From Candidatus Latescibacterota bacterium (lineage in GTDB: Bacteria; Latescibacterota; UBA2968; UBA8231), in the NCBI GenBank assembly GCA_965219385.1, contig CBDCNM010000002.1:2040936-2104935 (forward strand): a stretch of 64,000 bases of DNA. Direction: 5' to 3'. The notes beneath the pieces are model-generated. The model was not told the origin of the DNA. It did not search any database and worked only from the letters and a program-made list of their open reading frames with translations. A program made the position numbers and the translations under genes. This document shows, piece by piece, positions 57,257 to 64,000 of the stretch (position 1 is the first letter of the stretch; every line of letters begins with the position of its first letter).

Positions 57257-58417
57257 ATGGGTGGGCCGGACCATTCTCCTGCCGGGGCCTTCCAGTTCGA
57301 GGTGGTGGCCGCGGATCGCCGCACTGGGGCTCGGGCCGGTGTGCTGCACACCCCGCACGGCCCGATAGAAACCCCGGTCTTCATGCCCGTGGGGACGCAG
57401 GCCACGGTGAAGACCCTGTCGCAGCAGGACCTGCGCGATCTCGGGGCCCAGATCATTCTGGGCAACGCCTACCACCTCTACCTGCGGCCCGGCCACGACT
57501 TGGTGAAGCGGGCCGGCGGCCTTCACGGTTTCATGAACTGGCAGCGGCCCATCCTGACCGACAGCGGTGGCTTCCAGGTTTTCAGCCTCAACCAGCTCAA
57601 CAAGATCCAGGAAGAGGGGGTCTGTTTCCAGTCCCACCTGGACGGCTCGTACCACATGTTCACGCCCGAAAAGGTGATGGAGATCGAGCACGGTCTGGGC
57701 GCCGACATCATCATGGCCTTCGACGAGTGCACCCCCTACCCCTGCACCCCCGAGTACGCCTGCGGCTCCATGGAGACGACCCTGCGCTGGGCCACCCGCT
57801 GCCTGGAGCGCCACCAGGCACTGGCGCGGGAACGCCGGGCTGTGCCGCCGGCCCTCTTCGGCATTGTCCAGGGCAGCGTCTACCCCGAACTGCGCGCCCG
57901 CTGCGCCCGCGAATTGTCCGCCCTGGACCTGCCCGGATACGCCATCGGTGGCCTGGCCGTGGGAGAGCCGCGCGTTGCCATGCTGGGGATGATCGAGGAA
58001 ACCCTCCCCCACCTGCCCGCCGGCAAACCTCGCTACCTGATGGGCGTGGGTCTGCCTCACGACCTGGTGGAGGCGGTAGGCGCCGGCATCGACCTTTTCG
58101 ATTGCGTCATTCCCACCCGTAATGCCCGCAACGGCACCGCCTTTATCCGGCGGGGGCGGGTGCGTCTCAAAAATGCCATCCTGGCCGAGGATTTCAGTCC
58201 TCTCGATGCAACCTGTTCCTGCAAGACCTGCGCGCACTACAGTCGGGCCTACCTGCGCCATCTTTTTCAAACCAACGAGCTTCTGGGGCTGCACCTGGCT
58301 ACCTACCACAATGTTTATTTCTTTCTCCAGCTGATGCGCGATATGCGCCGGGCCATCATCGCCGGCCACTTCGCCGACTGGCAGGGCGAGTTCCTGGATG
58401 CCTACCGGGACACTTAA
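57257..58417 (+). CDS. tgt: Queuine tRNA-ribosyltransferase
   Basis: TPVFMPVGT, TDSGGFQVFSL, DECT, GGLAVGE, DCVIPTR, Zn site CSCKTC...H. Confidence 0.97.
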   Translation: MGGPDHSPAGAFQFEVVAADRRTGARAGVLHTPHGPIETPVFMPVGTQATVKTLSQQDLRDLGAQIILGNAYHLYLRPGHDLVKRAGGLHGFMNWQRPILTDSGGFQVFSLNQLNKIQEEGVCFQSHLDGSYHMFTPEKVMEIEHGLGADIIMAFDECTPYPCTPEYACGSMETTLRWATRCLERHQALARERRAVPPALFGIVQGSVYPELRARCARELSALDLPGYAIGGLAVGEPRVAMLGMIEETLPHLPAGKPRYLMGVGLPHDLVEAVGAGIDLFDCVIPTRNARNGTAFIRRGRVRLKNAILAEDFSPLDATCSCKTCAHYSRAYLRHLFQTNELLGLHLATYHNVYFFLQLMRDMRRAIIAGHFADWQGEFLDAYRDT

Positions 58418-58493
58418 TTCTGTCGATATACCGGATTATTGCTTAAATTCTAGCGCTTAAACCCCGACCCAACTCAACAGAAAGGAACGCACT

Positions 58494-58832
58494 TTGTTTG
58501 AATTGATGGACGCAGCCCACGCCCTGGGCACATCTCCAGGCGAAGGCAGCGAAGGCGGCAACCCGATTGCTTCCCTGTTGCCCTTTGTCCTGATGTTCGT
58601 GGTTCTCTACCTGCTGATCCTGCGACCGCAGATGAAAAAGCAGAAGGCCCAGCAGCAGATGGTCGACGAACTGGAGAAGGGGAACCAAGTCGTCACCAGC
58701 GGCGGCATTCACGGCACCATAATCAATGTCAAGGACGACATCATCGTCCTCAAGATCGCCGACAACGTAAAGATCGAGGTCTCGCGGACAGCGGTATCGC
58801 GCAACAAGACGGCCGAAGCCCAGAAGCAGTAG
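58494..58832 (+). CDS. yajC: Preprotein translocase subunit YajC
   Basis: TM then LILRPQ.K, VVTSGGIHG; follows tgt. Confidence 0.95.
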   Translation: MFELMDAAHALGTSPGEGSEGGNPIASLLPFVLMFVVLYLLILRPQMKKQKAQQQMVDELEKGNQVVTSGGIHGTIINVKDDIIVLKIADNVKIEVSRTAVSRNKTAEAQKQ

Positions 58833-59777
58833 ATGAAGCTGATCTTCATGGGGACGCCGGATTTTGCCGTGCCGTCCCTTGAGCGCCTGGCCGCGAGCCG
58901 GCACTCCATCCTGTGCATTTTGACCAATCCAGATCGCCCCCGGGGCCGGGGCCGCAAACCCGCCCCCCCCCCGGTCAAGACCGCGGCGCTGGAGCTGGGC
59001 CTGGAGATCCTGCAGGCGGAATCTCCAAAGGATCCTGCCCTGGCCGCCAGGCTGGCCGCGTACCAGCCCGACCTTTTCGTGGTCGTGGCGTTCTCGATCC
59101 TGCCGCCTTCCCTGCTGGCCATTCCCCGCTGCGGCGCCGTCAATCTGCATCCCTCGCTGCTGCCGGCCTATCGCGGGGCGGCCCCCATCATCTGGGCGGT
59201 GATCAACGGCGAGGAGGAGACCGGCCTGAGTACCTTCCTGCTCGAGGAACGGGTCGACGCCGGCGGCATTCTCCTGCAGGAGCGCGTGGCCATCGGACCG
59301 GAGGAGACCGCCGGTGAGCTCGAGGCCCGCCTGCGGGAAAGGGGCGCCGATTTGCTGGTGGAAACCATGGACCAGCTGGAACAGGGCCTCGAGCCGCGGC
59401 CCCAGGGCAATACCGGTATCACCCGGGCGCCCAAGCTCACCCGCGAGGACGGCCGCATCCACTGGGATCGGCCCACCGCGCAGGTGTACAACCACATCCG
59501 CGGCACCCACCCGGTGCCCGGGGCCTTTACCGAAGCACCCCAGGGTCCCCTGAAGCTACACCGCGCCCGGCCTGTGGTCGCCGGCCGGCAGGGCGAACCC
59601 GGCGTTGTGCTGGCGGCCGATCCGCGCTCCGGCTTGGTGGTTGCCACCCGGGGCGGGGCCCTGCTCCTGACCGAGGTCCAGCCGGCGGGCAAATCCAGGA
59701 TGGAGGGAACAGCTTTTGTGCGCGGCTATCAAATCGCGGTCGGCGACCGGTTCGGAGAGTCAGCGCCGCGGGGCTAG
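58833..59777 (+). CDS. fmt: Methionyl-tRNA formyltransferase
   Basis: FMGTPDFA, NLHPSLLPAYRGAAPI, DAGGI. Confidence 0.96.
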   Translation: MKLIFMGTPDFAVPSLERLAASRHSILCILTNPDRPRGRGRKPAPPPVKTAALELGLEILQAESPKDPALAARLAAYQPDLFVVVAFSILPPSLLAIPRCGAVNLHPSLLPAYRGAAPIIWAVINGEEETGLSTFLLEERVDAGGILLQERVAIGPEETAGELEARLRERGADLLVETMDQLEQGLEPRPQGNTGITRAPKLTREDGRIHWDRPTAQVYNHIRGTHPVPGAFTEAPQGPLKLHRARPVVAGRQGEPGVVLAADPRSGLVVATRGGALLLTEVQPAGKSRMEGTAFVRGYQIAVGDRFGESAPRG

Positions 59778-59778
59778 G

Positions 59779-60267
59779 ATGGCGCAACCGCGGTTTTTTA
59801 CCTGTTTCTCAGGGTACGGCCCCAAGAGTATCCTCCGGGTCTTGCCGGTCCTGGCCAGCCTGTACCTCCTCTTCTCCACCCCGGCCCCCGCCGCGACAAC
59901 ACCTCCCGATACCCTGCAGCATCCCACTCCACGCAGCGTTTTGTTGCGTTCGGCGGTACTGCCCGGCTGGGGGCAGTACCGCAACCAGCGCCCCTTCAAA
60001 GCCCTCTTGTTCGGCACGGCCGCGGCCGGCTTTCTGGGCGCGGCCGTGGTCGAAGCCCGCTCCCTGAGCCAGGCCACCACCCCGGAGGAGCACCAGGACC
60101 GGGCCGCACGGCGCAATACCCGCTTCCTCCTGCTGATCGCCACCTCGACCTTTGCCGCCCTGGACGCTTACGTGGACGCCCACCTGGCCGACCTGGAAAT
60201 CGAGCCGGCCGTGGAGATCGAACCGGGTCGGGCAAACCTGCGCCTGACGATCCCCTGGGAACCCTGA
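59779..60267 (+). CDS. DUF5683-like membrane protein
   Basis: RSAVLPGWGQYRN, LDAYVDAHL. Confidence 0.75.
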   Translation: MAQPRFFTCFSGYGPKSILRVLPVLASLYLLFSTPAPAATTPPDTLQHPTPRSVLLRSAVLPGWGQYRNQRPFKALLFGTAAAGFLGAAVVEARSLSQATTPEEHQDRAARRNTRFLLLIATSTFAALDAYVDAHLADLEIEPAVEIEPGRANLRLTIPWEP

Positions 60268-60467
60268 GTCACCCCCAGGACTGGACGGTCGGAGAATTCG
60301 GCTACGCCCACAGCGACGCCGGCCGGCTGTCTCGTCCAGGTAACACACCTGGGTAGTTTGGGTAGCACCTGCACAGCGCCCTCGCCCCGCTCTCTCCTGT
60401 GCGGGCCCCTGGTCTCCTTCTTGCTCTGTTCAATTCCGCCCCCCGAACAGAGCTGGAGGAAACCTGC

Positions 60468-61238
60468 ATGCCCCGCCCGCTCCAAAGCCTGGTCCCCGCC
60501 ATCCTGCTCTTTGCCGGCGCCGCTCAGGCCGCTTTTGAACTGGACGATCTGGAAGCCTGGTTACCCTTCTCCAACCATCGGGGCCTGGCCGGCAACCCGG
60601 CCGAACTGGCTGCCGTGGACTGCCCGCGCTGGGAACTGAAGCAGCACTTTCCCTTCGGCCTGCGGCAGCTGAGCCACAACAGCCTGGCCGTGGCCCTGCC
60701 CCTCCAGGGTTTGCACCTGGGCGCCGGCCTGGGTTCGACCGGTTTTGCCCTGCACCGCGAGTTGAGCGCGTGGCTGGGCGGTGGCCTGGAGCTGGGCCGC
60801 CACCTGGCCCTGGGGTTTTCCGTTACTGCTCTGTACCTGCAACAGGAAACCCGAACCAGCCGGGGTCGCAAGCAGATCCTGGGCCTCAAACTGAATCTGG
60901 GCAACGGCCTGGAGCTGGGCCTCTGGCATCAGGGGGCCAACGCTCTGGCCCCCTCCAGATTCTTTGTGAAACTGGTCCACCGGCCGGATACCCGGAGCGC
61001 GGTGTACGGGCACCTGCGCCAGCAATCAACCAGGTCCCGGCGCCTGGATCTGGCTGCCGAGCACCAGGTGCATCCGCGACTGCACCTGTACCTGGGCACC
61101 CGTTCGACCCCCCGTCGCTTTGCCCTGGGGACCCGCGTCTTTGCCGGCGGATTGCCGATCAATTACGCTGCCGTGACCCACGCCCGCCTGGGTCCGTCTC
61201 ACACCCTGGGTACGGGCAACACTTGTAAAAGTCCATGA
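60468..61238 (+). CDS. Putative outer-membrane beta-barrel (PorQ-like, divergent)
   Basis: GGAGG SD, signal peptide AQA/AFE, NPA, PFGL, HARLG.SH motif. Confidence 0.6.
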   Translation: MPRPLQSLVPAILLFAGAAQAAFELDDLEAWLPFSNHRGLAGNPAELAAVDCPRWELKQHFPFGLRQLSHNSLAVALPLQGLHLGAGLGSTGFALHRELSAWLGGGLELGRHLALGFSVTALYLQQETRTSRGRKQILGLKLNLGNGLELGLWHQGANALAPSRFFVKLVHRPDTRSAVYGHLRQQSTRSRRLDLAAEHQVHPRLHLYLGTRSTPRRFALGTRVFAGGLPINYAAVTHARLGPSHTLGTGNTCKSP

Positions 61239-61269
61239 AACATCCTAATTTTGTCTTCTGAGTCTACCA

Positions 61270-61311
61270 CATACCACGAAGTTTCAACCCCATACCACGA
61301 AGTTTCAACCC
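61270..61311. repeat. Perfect 21-bp tandem duplication
   Basis: CATACCACGAAGTTTCAACCC occurs twice with no spacer. Confidence 0.95.
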
Positions 61312-61324
61312 CTTGCAGAGTCCC

Positions 61325-61936
61325 ATGTCGAAAAACACCCATCTCAACCCCCCAGCAGGACATATTGCCACGGTCCTTTTCCTGAGTCTGTATGCCCTGC
61401 ATTGCAACAGTAGCGACAGCGCCGGCAGCAGGGCCCAGCATCCCTCGCCCATCCGGCCCAACGGCACAGAATACAACCTGAAAGCCCAACTCGATGGAAA
61501 CTATGTAAAGGGCATCCGCATTGAAGAAAGCAACTGGTCCGCTGTCGGGCCGCAGCAGGATGTGGAGCTGAAGTTTCAGGCTGAAGCCATGGTCGGCATT
61601 GGACAATTCGAATTCCACCTCGAACTGGCCCCCTCCAACGCCTTCGATGTGAGCGCATCCAGCTTTGTGACGGCCGCTCCCTTTGTCACTCTTCTCGGTG
61701 GGATTGACCCAGGTTCGACCTCCAGCAGGATAAAAATCGGTGGTGCCAACATGAACAGGTCCTCCAACGGCGACGCGGTTCTGGGGACCCTGAACCTGCA
61801 GACCAGTTCCCAATTCACCCGCCAGACCGAGGCTCGCATCCGCATCGTCTTCTTTTCCATGGGTCCCGAATCCCAGATAAGGGACAACTATTCGACCCAG
61901 GATTTGAATATGGGGGTTGTGGTCAACCAGCAGTGA
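61325..61936 (+). CDS. Hypothetical exported protein, cohesin-like beta-sandwich
   Basis: Hydrophobic stretch ending in Cys (YALHC). GDAVLGTLNL and alternating beta pattern. Confidence 0.65.
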   Translation: MSKNTHLNPPAGHIATVLFLSLYALHCNSSDSAGSRAQHPSPIRPNGTEYNLKAQLDGNYVKGIRIEESNWSAVGPQQDVELKFQAEAMVGIGQFEFHLELAPSNAFDVSASSFVTAAPFVTLLGGIDPGSTSSRIKIGGANMNRSSNGDAVLGTLNLQTSSQFTRQTEARIRIVFFSMGPESQIRDNYSTQDLNMGVVVNQQ

Positions 61937-61963
61937 CGGTTCGGATCCCGGCCAGCGGGTCTC

Positions 61964-61992
61964 TTGACGCAAGGGAGGCAATAGCTTAGTTT
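61964..61992 (+). promoter_or_regulatory. Putative sigma-70 promoter of tRNA-Ala
   Basis: TTGACG-17 nt-TAGTTT, 14 nt before the tRNA. Confidence 0.6.
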
Positions 61993-62006
61993 TATCCAGC
62001 TTTGTT

Positions 62007-62082
62007 GGGGCTGTAGCTCAGTTGGGAGAGCGCCTGAATGGCATTCAGGAGGTCAGGGGTTCGATTCCCCTCAGCTCCACCA
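62007..62082 (+). tRNA. tRNA-Ala(GGC)
   Basis: GGGGCTG acceptor stem with G3:U70, anticodon arm CCTGA-AT GGC AT-TCAGG, TTCGA T-loop, encoded CCA. Confidence 0.98.
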
Positions 62083-62103
62083 TATAAACGCAATAAAATT
62101 AAA

Positions 62104-62136
62104 GACTTGCGTAATTGCATCGCAGGCCTTTTTTTT
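62104..62136 (+). terminator. Putative terminator after the tRNA
   Basis: CTTGCG/CGCAGG stem followed by T8. Confidence 0.5.
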
Positions 62137-62209
62137 ATGTTGTTTTTGGTATTTGTGCCCAATTTGTGCCTCAACCTTTATCCAGCTCCACTGATGGAGA
62201 GTTGCGAGC

Positions 62210-62929
62210 ATGACAAACATCCCATGCAGCATCGCCCAAACACTCGCTCGGGCCGCCGGTCGCCTGCGCTTCGGGCCGCCGGTCGCCCACGTGTACAATC
62301 CGTTGAGCTACGCCGGGGAAGCGCACCGCCAGTACCTCGACAGGTATTGCTGCCCGGAGGCGGACGTGCTCCTGCTGGGGATGAATCCCGGACCGTGGGG
62401 CATGGTCCAGACAGGGGTGCCTTTCGGCGAGGTGTCGCTGGTCCGGGACTGGCTGGGCATAGCCGATGGGGTTTGCCGCCCGCAAACCGAGCATCCCAGA
62501 CGTCCAATCCACGGCTTCGAGTGCGGGCGCAGCGAGGTCAGCGGCCAGCGTCTGTGGGGTTGGGCACAAACCCGCTTCGGATCCCCGGAGGCCTTCTTCG
62601 CGCGGTTCTTCGTGTGGAATTACTGTCCCCTCGCCTTCCTGGAGGAATCCGGCCGCAACCGCACTCCGGACAAGCTGCCCGTTGAAGAGCGCCTCCCGCT
62701 GTTCGAGGTTTGCGACCGCGCCTTGGCGGATATAACAGATTTCATCCTGCCTTCGTTTGTGCTGGGGGTCGGCAAATTCGGCACCGATCGGGCCCGCGCC
62801 CTGCTGGGCGACAGGGTGGAGGTAGGAAGCATCCTGCATCCCAGCCCCGCCAGCCCCGCTGCCAACCGGGGCTGGGCCGGTCAGGTCGAGAAACAGCTGC
62901 TGGCCTTGGGTATCGAGCTGCCGGCCTGA
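62210..62929 (+). CDS. SMUG1-type (family 3) uracil-DNA glycosylase
   Basis: GMNPGPWGMVQTGVPFG, SEVSGQRLW, NYCPL, HPSPASP. Confidence 0.9.
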   Translation: MTNIPCSIAQTLARAAGRLRFGPPVAHVYNPLSYAGEAHRQYLDRYCCPEADVLLLGMNPGPWGMVQTGVPFGEVSLVRDWLGIADGVCRPQTEHPRRPIHGFECGRSEVSGQRLWGWAQTRFGSPEAFFARFFVWNYCPLAFLEESGRNRTPDKLPVEERLPLFEVCDRALADITDFILPSFVLGVGKFGTDRARALLGDRVEVGSILHPSPASPAANRGWAGQVEKQLLALGIELPA

Positions 62930-63144
62930 CCGGCCGGAAGGGGATTTGCCGGCGGCGTTTTATGGGGGAGTGGTAGGGGGAAAAGGGCGCTCTGGGACTC
63001 AGGCCTGCCTGGGGGAGTGGAGCGGGGCAAGAGCGCCCTGTGCATCATAAAACGCCAGAGGCACAAGCCCCGCACGGCCGACCGCCCATTCCGTGAAGTA
63101 CCAGTGGCGTTCAGAATTTCCGAACCGCACAGAAAGGATGGAGA

Positions 63145-64000
63145 ATGGCGAAAATCGCGTTCATGGGAGCAGGCAGTTCGGTATTTGCCAAAAACATCCT
63201 GGGCGACAGCATGCTCAGCCCGGCCCTGCACCATGCCCACATCGCCCTCTACGACGTCAACGCGACCCGACTCGGTGAATCGCGCCGCATGTTGCAGACC
63301 CTGAACCAGAACATCAACAAAGGACGCGCACAGATCACGGCCCATCTGGGCCAAGCACAGCGCAAAGCCGCTTTGCGAGACGCCGATTACGTGGTCAACG
63401 CGATTCAGGTCGGTGGGTACGAGCCGTCGACGGTGATCGACTTTGAGATTCCCAAAAAATACGGTTTGCGCCAGACCATCGCCGATACCCTGGGCATTGG
63501 CGGCATCTTTCGCACCCTCCGAACCGTCCCGGTGGTGCAGGCCTTTGCCCGGGAAACGGAGCAGGTCTGTCCGCAGGCGCTGTTTTTGAATTACACCAAC
63601 CCGATGTGTACAGTGACCGGAGCCGTCGCCCACAGCTCGAGCATCAGGACGGTCGGTTTGTGCCATTCGGTGCAGGTGTGTGCATCAAGTTTGTTGCAGC
63701 GAGTGGGGATGCTCGACGAAGTGGAGGACCTGCAGTGGAAAATCGCGGGGATCAATCATCAGGCCTGGTTGCTGGAAATCACCGACGGCGGCAAGAACCT
63801 GTACCCCGAGATCAAGAAACGCGCGGCAAAGCTGAACCGGAAAGCGCGCAAGATTGGCGCGGAGAAACACGGCGATATGGTGCGGCTGGAGATGATGCGC
63901 CACTTTGGCTATTACATTACCGAATCCTCGGAGCACAGCGCCGAGTACATGCCCTACTGGATCAAGAGCCAGTATCCGGAGTTGATCGAAGAATTCAACA
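63145..64000 (+). CDS. GH4 NAD-dependent alpha-galactosidase/glucosidase, 3' partial
   Basis: Not in the supplied ORF track because it runs off the end. MAKIAFMGAGSSVF, QVGG, QTIADTLGIGGIFRTLRT, NYTNP, GLCHSV, AGINH, TESSEH. Confidence 0.92.
   Translation, partial: MAKIAFMGAGSSVFAKNILGDSMLSPALHHAHIALYDVNATRLGESRRMLQTLNQNINKGRAQITAHLGQAQRKAALRDADYVVNAIQVGGYEPSTVIDFEIPKKYGLRQTIADTLGIGGIFRTLRTVPVVQAFARETEQVCPQALFLNYTNPMCTVTGAVAHSSSIRTVGLCHSVQVCASSLLQRVGMLDEVEDLQWKIAGINHQAWLLEITDGGKNLYPEIKKRAAKLNRKARKIGAEKHGDMVRLEMMRHFGYYITESSEHSAEYMPYWIKSQYPELIEEFN

Noticed and set aside
57257..58417. tgt plus queG as a DNA 7-deazaguanine (dpd) modification system
   Set aside because: TGT has canonical bacterial tRNA-type motifs (DECT, GGLAVGE, Zn site) in the usual tgt-yajC context, and no dpd genes are present.
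61270..61311. GTTTCAACCC-containing repeat as a CRISPR array
   Set aside because: Only two adjacent 21-bp copies, no spacers and no cas genes.
62881..63936. Minus-strand ORFs 62881-63666 and 63685-63936
   Set aside because: Antisense to the plus-strand GH4 gene starting at 63145.

Overview
High-GC bacterial chromosomal window. PorV/PorQ-type barrels, FlgD-Ig/T9SS-like C-terminal domains and a long SecA point to an FCB-superphylum lineage outside Bacteroidota, possibly Latescibacterota-like (inference). Layout: (1) 1-25.4 kb is a catabolic block with a Dpp/Opp ABC transporter, a hydantoinase/oxoprolinase A+B pair plus a coupled small Cys4 protein, an M16 peptidase pair, SGNH hydrolase, two class-III aminotransferases, MlrC and M19 peptidases, oxidoreductases and a 2OG-Fe(II)-like oxygenase. 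(2) 25.5-33.2 kb is housekeeping (dusB, uppS-cdsA-rseP, queG, ftsY). (3) 33.4-36.3 kb is an AT-richer island between IS-end-like remnants. It holds a four-gene operon: a membrane-anchored Rho/Roc-like small GTPase, a tail-anchored protein, a beta-rich protein and a YaaW-family protein. Every gene carries a lesion that can be located by eye. This is the best candidate for an undescribed system. (4) 36.4-48 kb has the rib operon (RibB half of RibBA apparently degenerate), nusB, secA, a GT2 and purC. (5) 48-49 kb has a 110-bp MITE with a TTA target duplication, two small ORFs and a sigma-70 lacking regions 2-3. (6) 50-62 kb is an envelope/T9SS-like cluster interleaved with tgt-yajC-fmt. (7) The end has tRNA-Ala(GGC) with an att-like scar, a SMUG1-type glycosylase and a partial GH4 gene. 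All family calls come from motif recognition only; no searches were run.
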